From: Octopus bimaculoides
Taxonomy: Eukaryota
DNA: 45,173 nucleotides
Direction: 5' to 3'
Assembly: GCF_001194135.2 (NCBI RefSeq)
Contig: NC_068985.1
Location: forward strand, 124,319,768-124,364,940
In this document: one piece after another, positions 12,661 to 28,605 of the stretch
Numbering within the stretch: the stretch's first letter is position 1
Layout: every line of letters starts with the position of its first letter
The notes under the pieces: model-generated
What the model saw: the letters and a program-made list of their open reading frames with translations, nothing else
Told to the model about the DNA's origin: nothing
Databases searched by the model: none
Translations under genes and position numbers: made by a program

Positions 12661-12864
12661 AATAATTGTTTCAAATTTTGGGACAAGAAGTAGGATATCG
12701 ATTACATTGACCTCATTGCCCAACCAGGACTTGTTTTATCGAATCCGAAATAATGAAAGGCAAAGTTGATCTCGGCCGTATTTGAACTCAGACCGTAAAC
12801 AGCTGGAAGAAATGCCGCTAAACTGTCTTGTCCGACGGGTTACCGATTCTGCCAGCACCACCCC
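12661..12864 (-). mobile_element. Family A SINE, inverted relative to 12378-12562
   Basis: atgaaaggcaaagttgatctcggccgtatttgaactcaga..accgattctgccagcaccacc is the reverse complement of the family head. Confidence 0.85.
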
Positions 12865-13038
12865 AATAATTAATAACAGTGCTAATAACAAAAACAACAA
12901 CACCAACAACAACAACAATAATAATGTTAATAATAATAATAATAATGATAATAAAAAAATCTTCGTATGGAGAAAATAACGCTGATGTAAACCCAACGCT
13001 GAATCCCAACAGACTGACATAAGATGCAATTTTAAAGC

Positions 13039-13086
<48 letters not shown>

Positions 13087-13199
13087 CATACAAGCATACC
13101 CAAACATGCATACATATATACATACATACGCACACACGCACACGCACACACACACACATATGTATGTATATATATATATATATATATATCAAAGGGAGT

Positions 13200-15438
13200 T
13201 TTAAGAATAAATGATTCTAAAGATGGGAATCATAAATATGACAATAAGTGGAAATAGTCAAAGAATTAGCATCAAAAGTAGATTTCGCAACGGGCCAATG
13301 AAAATACTTCCCGATAATAAAAGTCAATGATGAAATAAGAAAAAACATAAAAACAACAAACCTGGCCAACGCATGCATCGAAGAAACTAGGCACGAGTAT
13401 CAATTTTACCAGGTTAAACGAAATAATATATGCTGCAGACACTATAGATATAATGAAAAATGAGCACTTCCTATGATATATAAAAATATCGAAATCCATG
13501 CATAAAACATGGAATTATAACAAAAACAAGGAATAAAAAATATCTCTTAATCATTAATGAGAGCAATAACAAAAGGATGCAACTAAAGAAAGAGGGATGA
13601 ATATAACAGAAATATAGTACCAAAAAAAACAAATTATGTATTCGAAATCAAAGAAACAAATGATCTCTAAACAGCAAAGAATCAGTCAATTTGTGAAGCA
13701 ACAATGATTTTTTTTTTTTAGTATATCAAAAAAATCTAACTCAAATCCAAACCGATTTCATCAAGAACAAAATAGAAATAAAATAGAAATCAACGCACCA
13801 CGAGTGGGGTAGGAAGATTCTGGAAGCAATATAGACAGCAAGAGAATTTCTGAATTTCAATGAATACAGTGCCTAAGCAATCGGGAAAATCACATCAGTA
13901 GTCCCGGACGCAACAAAATACTACGTAACTGGAAGACACCAGGCAGCGATAATATCTCAAACTTCTATAGAAAATATTTTAACAGAAGAAATATTCAATA
14001 AGTTATTCAGGGACTGAAAACATCATCTGACGGGTTACCGAATGCAAACCCATCCTAATCCTCCTCGACTAAAGAAACCCTAAAAACTACAGACCCATAA
14101 TCTACCTCCCTGCAGTTTTCACTGCATTAATATCACAGATGATAAATATAGATAACAGCAACAAATTTTCATAATGGCAAAGAGGAAGCTACCAAGGAAT
14201 TTGTGACTGTAAAGGATTATTACCTATCAAAGCTATGACCAAACCTGAAGAATGAAGGCATTAATTATGGCATGATTGACTACCAGAAGGCTTTTGAACG
14301 TATTCTTCACACGTGGATCCTGAAAGCATTAGTCATGATAATGTTGACACATGCATTAAACATGTTGTGAGTAAATGGTGAACAATTGTGCAGAAACAAA
14401 AGAAGGAATTATAAAACCAAGTCTCATCTCGTAAAAGAAGAATATTCCCTTTCTATCTCAGGCTAATATCTTTAATCAACACGTTAAACTAGACTGAACT
14501 GGAATACAAATACTTCGGTAGGACAAACAATTTTTATATATGGACAGCTTTATGTTGTGTGCTGCAGATGACAAATAACTATAAATACTGCTACAAAGAG
14601 TGTAGGAATTTACTAGAAGAATTGGTATGAGATTCCAATTAGGAAAATGCAATATTTAAGACAGAAAAATTAAGAAAATTAATGAAGTGTTACATAAAGA
14701 CACAAAAGTAAGAAAATTCGTGCGAACACACCAATACTCTGGAATTAATGAAAGAAACGGCAAGAGGGAGAATATTATATATGCATTAGATTAATAACTA
14801 AAATGCTAATTGCCAGCAACACTCAAAACGTTAATAGCCGGCAGTACTCTAGCTGTTCCGGCAATAAATTGGAAGCTGAATGAATCACTAAGACTAATAG
14901 GTAAAATAACAATTTTGTTCCACCAGAATCAGCACTGCAGAAACAGAAACAGTGCTTTAGAAAAAAAAACACAAGAATAATAATGACAGCTTTTAAAATA
15001 CACCACTCAAAATCTGATATAGAAAGGTTATACTTACCATAAATACAGGGAGTAGTTGGCCAAGGGAAACGAGGATACTAATATAATATATCCACTAAAG
15101 GTTTGCAGAAATTACTTCAAACGGCTATGAATCATGAACAAAACAAAGGAAACTGTATTCTGTCTAAAATAAAGCCAGCAGACACAAAACAAAGGCTGAA
15201 ATGACAGAAAAACAGATAAGTATGAAGAAAAAGAGGCATAACATCTGAAATTGTGCAAAGCCTAGAATCGAAGTTAAAAATTGAACCCTCTTCAAATGCC
15301 TTCTTCAAATGATGGCAAGAAAATCCCCTACACTGCCAGTAACTTAAAATAATGAAAGAATTGTAACATTTATTGCGAAGTCTAGAACCCAAAATTAAGA
15401 CTGAAAGATTTTTCATTGAGGCTCAGGATTAAAACATT
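13200..15438 (+). mobile_element. Old R4/Dong-type (RT + restriction-like endonuclease) non-LTR retrotransposon, RT part; pseudogenised
   Basis: NWKTPGSDNISNFY (13927), NYRPI, IDYQKAFERILHTWILKAL (14275), LYMDS, HHSKSDIERLYLP (15001), WQENPLH (15313), TERFFIEAQD (to 15429), in the expected order. Confidence 0.85.
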
Positions 15439-15913
15439 TATAATGAGAGGCAAGGTTCTGAATATCAGTTGAATATCGCCTTTCTCCTATTAATTTCTTA
15501 TTCTTCGTGTTGCTAAGGCTCCAGCAGTCGAGTAAAGAAGTATTAGGCAAAACGCAGATTCTCCATTAGTTTTATTTACAATATATATACAAAGGTGTGG
15601 CACGTTGCTCTTTGCAACCATCTCATGCGTTATGTATTCGTGGTTCCCCGTTACGCGGACCCATTGCCTCAGGAGGTGCGACAAGCGGACCAGCCTAGGG
15701 GACAAGCCAGTGAAGTATGCTCTGCAAGATGTCGCAGCGGGAAAAGAGAGCGAACCTCGTGGTTTCTTCCTTCGTATAGTTTGCTATCGCAAGCCTCGTT
15801 GTGAGCTCGTGCATGGCAAATGGATGCAGGTGAGATCTCGCTCCAGTCTCGGAGATGGCAATGGCTGCTGCGAGATCTCACCCAATATGGCGCTGACTGC
15901 TTGTGCCGCTATA
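15439..15913. mobile_element. 475-bp solo-LTR-like insertion nested in the LINE
   Basis: Flanked by CATT direct repeat (15435-15438, 15914-15917); TATA termini; AATAAA on the minus strand (ttttattt ~15571); GC-richer than its flanks; removal rejoins the LINE frame. Confidence 0.65.
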
Positions 15914-16300
15914 CATTCTTACCAGAAACCACCCAACATATGTAATGGAGCAGAATACATTAACTGCAGTATGTATGGAAAACAATTATCCTCATTTTTC
16001 TGATTGCTCAGTTGTAACCAAGAGCACATACATGTATATACACGTTATATTTGCGGTTTTCAAACACTGGATGTCAATCCAACATTAAAACAGGAAAGCG
16101 GGGTATAAACTATCCATCACAAAAAGCCTTAGAAAATGATAAAATGGTTATATTCTAAGATATGCTAATACACACAAACAGAAATCGAAGATAATTGGTC
16201 GAATATTGTTGTCACGGACCACAATATAGCAAGTGTTCCTTAATCAAGCTATCAACTCCAACAGATGATAATGCAACTCTAAAAGAATTGGGGAGAAATT
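15914..16300 (+). mobile_element. Continuation of the R4/Dong-type LINE: zinc-knuckle and RLE region
   Basis: ILTRNH..C..HFSDCSVVTKSTY..H; ALENDKMVIF*DMLIHTNR; NIVVTDH; STPTDDNATLKE (cf. ENEKVTILWDMPIHTDR..RPDIV..PxDxN). Confidence 0.8.
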
Positions 16301-17068
16301 GCGTTCGTTAGTATAGAGAGAGTAAGTAATGATGATGACAACGACTATGACAGCTACGACCGCGACAATTATGATAATTTTTTTTTTTCATATTCACAGT
16401 GAATCAATTTTTGTAGGAGGAATGCTGTTGAATGAGTCTACACCTCCAATACTCAACTGGTCTTCATCTTATTAACACCAGAAGGACAAAGCCAACTTTA
16501 GTCTCTGATTGAATTTGATCTCGGGATGTAGATTGACGCAATCGGATCAATGTAATGTGTCGGGTGTGATGTTACAACACGCGGTTAATGTCGTTTTGTG
16601 TGTTATATGTGCTTTCTGTCACGCTCCACACATGCAGAGTATACACGGTCGCATGCCATCTTTTCATTCTCTGAAGGTGCTGCCTTTCAATATTCATGTG
16701 TGTCCAGTCCTCTAACTATAATACTGATAACAATGATAATATGTCGTTGTTGAGGAAGTGTAAGAAGAGGAGGATGTAATAGCACAGTTCCTATTGTGAT
16801 GGGAGCCTGGAAAGTTATAATTAAAAAGTAGCAAATAAACTGGAAAAGATAATCACTTTGACCAAGTCTTTGTCAGGTTAAGACTTGCAAGATTTAATTA
16901 CTCTGCGGAAGATTCGTGTACTTAGCAAAATCCTGTCGAAAGGAGCGAACAAGAAAGCCTGAAAGTGAGAGCTCAATTTATGAGAAAAAAACAACCAAAT
17001 TCAACTCAGACTCAAATTACAATTTATCATATAAAAAAAAACTTAGGGACACATTTGATAATATAGTC

Positions 17069-17124
<56 letters not shown>

Positions 17125-17444
17125 NNNNNNNNNNNNNNNNNNNNNNNNNNNNNNNNNNNNNNNNNNNNNNNNNNNNNNNNNNNNNNNNNNNNNNNNNNNN
17201 NNNNNNNNNNNNNNNNNNNNNNNNNNNNNNNNNNNNNNNNNNNNNNNNNNNNNNNNNNNNNNNNNNNNNNNNNNNNNNNNNNNNNNNNNNNNNNNNNNNN
17301 NNNNNNNNNNNNNNNNNNNNNNNNNNNNNNNNNNNNNNNNNNNNNNNNNNNNNNNNNNNNNNNNNNNNNNNNNNNNNNNNNNNNNNNNNNNNNNNNNNNN
17401 NNNNNNNNNNNNNNNNNNNNNNNNNNNNNATATATATAGTCTGA

Positions 17445-17660
17445 AAATAATGGTTTCAAATTTTGGCATAAGGCCAACAATTTTAGGAGAGGTGTCTATA
17501 CGGTTAGACCGACCCCAGTACTTACTTACTCGGTATTTATTTTTATCGACCCCGGAAAGATGAAAGACAAAGCCGACCTCGGGGGAATGTTAAATCAGAA
17601 CATAATGAGCTGGAATAATCTGAAAATAATATGAAATGATCTTGGCACTAACTCTTTGAT
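17445..17660 (-). mobile_element. Family A SINE
   Basis: gaccccagtact..ggtatttatttttatcgaccccggaaagatgaaagacaaagccgacctcgg. Confidence 0.85.
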
Positions 17661-17974
17661 TACAATGTCTGTTTGATCCGAGGCGACCGAGGAGGATAAA
17701 GAACAATAACGACGATTTTTGTCTAAATTGAAGAAAATGTTATGCAAAAATTAGCTATAGCCCCTTATAGTGTATCTACACATTGATCATTAATGTTCAT
17801 ACACATGTACACGCGCGCGCTTATATGCTAATCAAAGATATGAGTGCAAGTACATAAGAGAACACTCGAATTGACATTAACCACATGTTGTAGGAACATA
17901 GCCAACACATCACATTGATTATAATAATCCAATATGTCATGGATAAAGAACTTAAACACACACACTGAAAAACA

Positions 17975-18135
17975 GTGATGATGACGATGATGATGATAGT
18001 GGTATTGGTGGTGGTTGTGGTGGTAGTGCTGACGACGGTAATGAAGATAGCGATGTGATGATGATTGTGGTGATTTGATAATGATGATGATGATGATAAT
18101 GAAAGCGGCGGCGGCGGCGGCGGCGGCGGCGGAAG
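17975..18135. repeat. Mosaic trinucleotide tract (GAT/GGT/GCG)n
   Basis: Directly visible, including a (GCG)n run at ~18105-18131. Confidence 0.9.
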
Positions 18136-18437
18136 CAGTGGAGACGGTGGCCGTTGTCGTGATGCTTCCTGTGTTCATAGAATACGAATTTGTTGGGTGG
18201 AGAAAGCGAAGTGATGGGATAGCAGCATAATCGATTAAATCGATCTAGTACTTTCGTGTATGTGTGAGTGTGTGTCTGAGTACATATCTTATCGACCAAC
18301 AGTAATGAAATACTAAGTTTAAGCTGGCAGGATTAGAACTCATATATACAGGAGTTTTAGTCTCTCCTTCCCACACCCTTCTCTTTACAATTTGCTCTTT
18401 AGAAGGTAAAGTGAATGAGCTTCTAAAAGTGTGGTTA

Positions 18438-18690
18438 GAGGTAAAGGTAAAGTTACCTTCTCGGGTCATGCCGACTTATAAGGGCTGGTTTACCGGTTTT
18501 CATGGCGTATAAATTCCCCACCTTGATGGTCCATCGCAGGATTACTCATTTTTGCCAGTTGAGTGGACTGGAGTGACGTGAAATGAAGTGTTTTGCTCTC
18601 AAGAACACAACACGTCGTCAGGTCCAGGAATCGAAACCACAATCTTACGATCATGAGTCCAACACCCTAACCACTAAGCCATGCGCCTCC
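18438..18690 (-). mobile_element. tRNA-derived SINE with CORE-like domain
   Basis: Reverse complement: ggaggcgcaTGGCTTAGTGG (A box)..GGTTTCGATTCC (B box)..gttgtgttcttgagagcaaaacacttcatttcacg..cagtccactcaactggcaaaaatgagta (CORE-like); (ctttac)n tail. Confidence 0.85.
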
Positions 18691-19068
18691 GCAGTTAGAG
18701 GGGATTGGAGAGGAATCTAAATGGATAGCCAGATGAGAATAAGCAAACAACACGAGCTGCACAACTTTGAAGGATCGGCAAGTAAGTCAGTCTGAGAGAG
18801 TGGTGTGACTCACCATATTTCCCAGTTGCTNNNNNNNNNNNNNNNNNNNNNNNNNNNNNNNNNNNNNNNNNNNNNNNNNNNNNNNNNNNNNNNNNNNNNN
18901 NNNNNNNNNNNNNNNNNNNNNNNNNNNNNNNNNNNNNNNNNNNNNNNNNNNNNNNNNNNNNNNNNNNNNNNNNAAATGGATAGCCAGATGAGAATAAGCA
19001 AACAACACGAGCTGCACAACTTTGAAGGATCGGCAAGTAAGTCAGTCTGAGAGAGTGGTGTGACTCAC

Positions 19069-19124
19069 CATATTTCCCAGTTGCTACATATGTAGTAACG
19101 AAAGCCATGCGAGTGTTTACAACC
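19069..19124 (-). CDS. Candidate 56-nt internal exon of an unidentified minus-strand host gene
   Basis: Minus strand: ttttcttttaattttccttcacttcAG|ggttgtaaac...gaaatatg|GTGAGT. Two frames open (GCKHSHGFRYYICSNWEI or VVNTRMAFVTTYVATGKY). Confidence 0.45.
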
Positions 19125-19538
19125 CTGAAGTGAAGGAAAATTAAAAGAAAAAGCCAGCGCGAGTCAATATTAGTAACAACGGTAAGCCCAAAAGTGACGA
19201 CCATAGCAGCAGCTTACAACGTTTCCCAATGTACCATTTTCAGAGTACCAACAATATTCACCATGTGTAAATATTTATTAACTGTATGCTATCTAAACGC
19301 TATTAATTAATTATCCAACAACATAACTTTCATAAAAGAAGTCTGTCGTGAAGATTATTCCTGTGATTCAAAAGGTAAGTCTTGTCACATACAGTGTTAT
19401 ACTGATTCTGCCAGAGATTTACGTTAAGGGCGCATCTTAATTCAGGAGTAAATAACTGAGTTGACCGAACGACTGAATGTTCATCTCCGAAAGACGGAGA
19501 TCCACCTTACGTACATACATGCATACATACATACATAC

Positions 19539-20107
19539 AGACCGGATATAGTAATCTGGGACAGAGAAGAGAAACTGTGTACTGTAGTAGAAATCAGCTG
19601 TCCTGCGGATGTCAACATCCCACTAAAGATTAGAGAAAAAGAGAACAACTACGCCGAGCTACTGAGAAATTTGCAGATACTCCACCCAGACTACAAGTTC
19701 AGATTCATACCCGTGATTGTTGGAGCATTGGGATATGTAACGAACTGCCTCAACAAAAACCTGGAAAAATTAGGGTTCTCAAAACCTGAAAGAAAAAGGC
19801 TGATTAGAAGACTGCAGATTCAAGCTATCAATGGAACTGTAAAGATATGTAAAACTTTCCAAAATTTTAGCACATAAATACATATGCATGCATCTAGACA
19901 TGAAAATATATGCATAAAAACGCATCCATAAAACAAACATACAAATCTGCGCATACACACACTAACACCAAATACTGCACGCACACACACATATGCACAA
20001 ATACCTAGATGATGTTGATAAAAGTTCCAATGAAGGAGCCTTGAATCTATGTTAGAGTCCGGCTCTTTCTCTATGGACAAGAAATACAGAAATGAAACTG
20101 ATTGATA
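19539..20107 (+). mobile_element. 5'-truncated RLE-type LINE 3' end (R4/Dong-like) with uninterrupted endonuclease ORF and 3' UTR
   Basis: RPDIVIWDREEKLCTVVEISCPADVN..KENNY..IPVIVGALG (PD..D/ExK-type RLE motifs), stop at 19875-19877; (CATA)-type repeats on both sides. Confidence 0.9.
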
Positions 20108-20607
20108 ACATACATACTTACATACATACAAATATACATACACAAAGTGAGAAATGTTATTTAAACCCTAGGTATACCTGCATTAAATTTATCTCAGATT
20201 ATCTTGCATACACTATTTTGTATTAACCTATTAATTTATCGTGTCGCAAAAGAATGCACATTACACAAGGTAGACTGCTCAATTCAGTTAAGCTCTGGTT
20301 TGTGTTTGATATAAATAGTTATTTGCTGCGAGTTTTCTTCGCAGATGGAAAGCAGGGGTCTAGTTTTCTGATGAGCAGCCAATAACCTGTGAAGCATAAA
20401 GACCATCTACGAAGAGGAAAACAAAGTGTACTTACATCGAAGGGAGGTATATGATTGAAACAATAGTTTAAATTTACCTAATTTACTTTGTGTTGTGTTG
20501 TATAGAAATACTAAATATATGTATGTAGAACATCATCACATATTTTGTAACCCAAATTTTGATTACACGCTGAGTATTAATGTGTGTCCTTGTGGCCAAT
20601 AAAAAGC

Positions 20608-20617
20608 ATTATTATCA

Positions 20618-20678
<61 letters not shown>

Positions 20679-20690
20679 CGTTATTATTAT
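20608..20690. repeat. (ATT)n tract following an AATAAA at 20598-20603
   Basis: Directly visible. Confidence 0.95.
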
Positions 20691-24949
<4,259 letters not shown>

Positions 24950-25175
24950 GAGGTGGCGAGCTGGCAGAAACGTTAGCACGCCGGGCTAAATGCTTAGCAG
25001 CATTTCATCTGTCCTTACGTTCTGAGTTCAAATTCTGCCGAGGTCGACTTTGCCTTTCATGTCTTTCGGGATCGACAAATGAAGTACCAGTTGAGCACTG
25101 GGCGGGGGATGTAACCGGCTTAGATCCTTCCCCGAAACTGCTGACTTCGTGCCAAAATTTGAAACTATTATAATT
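24950..25175 (+). mobile_element. Family A SINE directly after the (ATT)n tract
   Basis: gaggtggcgagctggcagaaacgttagcacgccgggctaaatgcttagc..gttctgagttcaaattctgccgaggtcgactttgcc. Confidence 0.92.
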
Positions 25176-25273
25176 ATTACTATTAAAAAGACGACATACC
25201 CACAGAATTGGTCGAACGTTGGATGAAAATACGTTGTGCCAATATTAGAAAGAATTATTAGTGCTATAAGCAT

Positions 25274-25715
25274 CAAGGCGGCGAGCCGGCCGATCAGTCA
25301 GCACTCCGGCTAAAATTCTTAGTAGCATTTCTTCTGTCTTTATATTCTGTGTTCAAATTCTGCCGAGATTGATTTAGCTCTTCATCTATTTGTGGTCGAT
25401 AAAATAAGTACCAGTTGAGTACTGGGGGCGATGTAATCGACTAATCTCCTCCCACCAAATTTTACTCATAGTAGAAAGGATTGTGAGTTTTGGTTGGCTG
25501 GTTGGTTGGTTGGTTGGCTTGGTCGTCAAGAGCGCTTTGTGTGATTTGCTTCTGCTCTTTACACTTTCATTCAAATTCCGTCGTGGTTAGCTTTCCGTTC
25601 ACTCCCCCCCCCTCCGGAATCGTAAAGTAAAGTACCCGTGAAGTACTGAGATCGATGATATCGAATATCCCTACTCAAAGTTCTGACTTTGTTCCTACAT
25701 TAGAAAGAATTATTC
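25274..25715 (+). mobile_element. Two further degraded family A copies (~25274-25483, ~25535-25715)
   Basis: gttcaaattctgccgag..gtcgataaaataagtaccagttgagtactgggggcgatgtaatcgact; the second copy is more degraded. Confidence 0.75.
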
Positions 25716-26891
25716 TTTTATCTTTGAAAACTTGGCCATAATTATCCAGAAGATATCAAGAATATTTAGTGTATGGAGACAGTATCCTTTTCTAAGTAAT
25801 TTCACTTTCATACACTTAGATTTTCTGCATCAGCATAATTGCTTCTTTCGGCTGGGAGAACAGGCTGGCAAGGTGGTTCAGACAAGTTTAGGTTTTCAGT
25901 TATGCAGTTTCAGGTTCAGCCCCACTCAAAAGACAGTGGGCAATCTTGCGTTGACCAGTACCTTCTAAGTGGTACATGGAAACTGTCTGTTAGCAGAATA
26001 TGACCTTATTCGTTGCCCGATTTAGCACTTCCACATGGCCCTAGATTGCCTTTAGATGAGTCCAAGCGTTTGCACCAGATTTTCAGTCTGAGGACTACTT
26101 TCATTCTTCTTTCCACGAGTCAAAAACGCTCTGAAAAGAGGCCATAAGTTCTGCTCCTCTTAACCGGTCATTAAAAATTTTTTTTTTTTATTTTAGTTTA
26201 ATCAACTAGTTCATTTTTCATCTTTGGAGACTTTTCCGTATAAGCAAACTCATAGTGATTATACGTTTAAATTCATTCCTCAGTTTTTCAGACTACTTCA
26301 CATGCGAGATTTTATTATTTGGAAGAGGTTATAAATAATTCATAACTGTTTCTTTTTTGTACATAAATCTGACCTCCGCCAAATGGTGATTTTGTGCATA
26401 TGATATTAATAACTTCAGCGCAGTTTTCTTCACTACATTCCTCAATGTAACTTCTCTACATTAAAATCAATTCTCTTTTATTTGCCCACGCTATTGCCAG
26501 GACTAATACTGCTTTGTTATGTTTGTTCACATATCAACCCCAACAAGTATTTTACAAACAAAAATGATATATCGTTTCTCTCTTTCACATGCCGGAACTC
26601 ACTTCATTTTGGTATGACTTCGATCCTTTTCAATTTCTTCCTGGCTTTTGTTTATCATGGATGTTTCCTGGAAAATTACATGATTTTTTTTTTATGCTAG
26701 CTTTGTCCAATTCTATTACTTCAATTATTATAGGAGCCGACTCAACATTCAGTATCCTATTTCATTCTATCTAAATATATCTCTAAATACATATATTTGA
26801 CAGTTTCTCAAAAGGAATTGATATGTCGATAAAGAAACATCCTCGCTGCTTTCATTGTCCTATCAGTTTACACGTAGAGATCTCATAGCAT

Positions 26892-27025
26892 TGTTGTTTT
26901 TATTTAGCTCCGGGTCATCTCTGGTCGAGCAGAGCATCAATCAAAGGCATTCCAGCCGTTGACATCATGTCTTTTTAAGTGTATACCTCGGACTACATTA
27001 TCTAATATGTCCTTTTTTTTACGAT
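26892..27025 (-). mobile_element. 3' fragment of a second interspersed repeat (family C, (AAC)n tail)
   Basis: tttagctccgggtcatctctggtcgagcagag..atcaaaggcattccagccg..ggactacattatc is the reverse complement of motifs seen at 34285-34478 and 41720-41990. Confidence 0.6.
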
Positions 27026-27172
27026 ATTGATTGGATTCCTGATTATTTGGATGCTATTCCTAGCAGACTGAGCGATCACTCGAATTGTTGAATTGTTGAT
27101 ATTACTCAGAGTATGTTGTGATCTTTTTTCTGTTTTCTGGTACGTGTTTATGCTATTTGCAGTCTGTCTTGT

Positions 27173-27563
27173 GGAGGCGCAATGGCCCAGTGGTTAGGGC
27201 AGCGGACTCGCGGTCATAGGATCGCGGTTTCGATACCCAGACTGTACGTTGTGAGTGTTTATTGAGTGAAAACACCTAAAACTCCACGAGGCTCCGGCAG
27301 GGGATGACGGCGAACCCTGCTGTACTCTTTCACCACAACTTTCTCTCACTCTTACTTCCTGTTTCTGCTGTGCCTGTAATTCAAAGGGTCAGCCTTGTCA
27401 CACTGTGTCACGCTGAATATTCCCGAGAACTACGTTAAGGGTACACGTGTCTGTGGAGTGCTCAGCCACTTGCACGTTAATTTCACGAGCGGGCTGTTCC
27501 GTTGATCAGATCGACTGGAACCCTCGACGTCGCAAGCGACGGAGAGCCAATAACAACAACAAC
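27173..27563 (+). mobile_element. tRNA-derived SINE with a different body and (AAC)n tail
   Basis: ggaggcgcaaTGGCCCAGTGG (A box)..GGTTTCGATACCC (B box); body gagaactacgttaagggtacacgtgtctgtggagtgctcagccacttgcacgttaatttcacgagc (possibly Nin-like conserved domain, recalled only); tail aacaacaac. Confidence 0.85.
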
Positions 27564-27592
27564 AAGTCTGTCTTGGTTTGCAAACATTTTTA

Positions 27593-27893
27593 TGTAATGC
27601 TACTGAATCAACAACATTTAAGAAAAACAGTACAAATTCTCTACCGCTTTGCAGAGCATTTCCACCAAATGTTTATTGAAGCAGACCATGTTATGCAGAA
27701 TGCGTTACATTCGGCAGGAAACCCGCGCAGGAATTAGAGCCTTCCGGAAGGCCTGCCAGAAGCCCCTTATGCGCATGCGCAGTCATCAGCTACCGCTAGG
27801 CTTGGCCGCCATTCTTTCTCTTCGCCCCTGCTTCCGACAGAGACACACGGATCTTGACCAGCTCCATGTAGCTGGAATTCTGAAGACGCCACA
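27593..27893 (-). mobile_element. Possible solo LTR
   Basis: TGT...ACA termini, AATAAA on the minus strand (tttatt 27672-27677), GC-rich core; no target-site duplication found. Confidence 0.35.
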
Positions 27894-28573
27894 TGACGTT
27901 GGCTAAACTAAAGAATGCCTTCACAGCTGTGATTAAACCGACTCTGCTGCTTCCACACCAAGGCGACCTGGCGACTGATCGTTCTAAGATGTAACGCTTG
28001 TACGGACGAAAAATAAATATTGTTATTTGTTCGGATATTCCTGTTCCCCTATTTTCCTTCCACGTTTATGTAAGGAATTGTGTGGCACCCATCCAGTACC
28101 AGCCTCACTTCCTACATACCCTTAGGGTATTTGCAAGAACAGTAGATAAAGCAAGTTTCCATGATTGAATAGTTAACGCTCACGTTCATAACACAGACAT
28201 TTGAAATAATTTTCACAGTCCAGCCATCCTTTCACACAGAATTTCGTCTTTTTCTAAACCAAAGACCTTGAAGTGACTATATATATAAATATAATGGAAC
28301 TGTGATTATGTATATCAGAAAAAACATATATGTCGAAACAATTTGTTGGCCGTTTATGGTTTTTATAATTATTTATATAATATTATGTTATGCTATAAAT
28401 TATTATATTGTATTTAATGTAATATTGTAATATACAAAGATTTTTTTTTCAAATAATAAGTTATATATTTTTGAATAAGATTATATTCGTTAGGTAAAGG
28501 AAATATTAAGATATATTGAAAAAAAACTGCTGGAATGGAATGAGATGACAGAGATGGGGTGAGAGAGAGGGGC

Positions 28574-28605
<32 letters not shown>

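Noticed and set aside
17828-18299. Poly-Ala/His/Arg ORFs resembling a low-complexity transcription factor
   Set aside because: Mosaic trinucleotide repeat with no domain or splice support.
18717-19086. ~115-bp exact duplication flanking the gap at 18831-18973
   Set aside because: Same artefact signature; not evidence of exon duplication.
20345-20447. Plus-strand AG...GT exon-like segment containing CTGATGA
   Set aside because: All three frames have stops, and no GAAA or helices complete a hammerhead.
25730-26890. Possible DNA-transposon remnant (ttaacc at ~26160, Cys-containing reverse frames)
   Set aside because: No convincing conserved motif by eye; needs BLASTx.
27173-27245. tRNA-like sequence (also 18620-18690)
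   Set aside because: SINE heads followed by SINE bodies; acceptor stem incomplete, so not tRNA genes.
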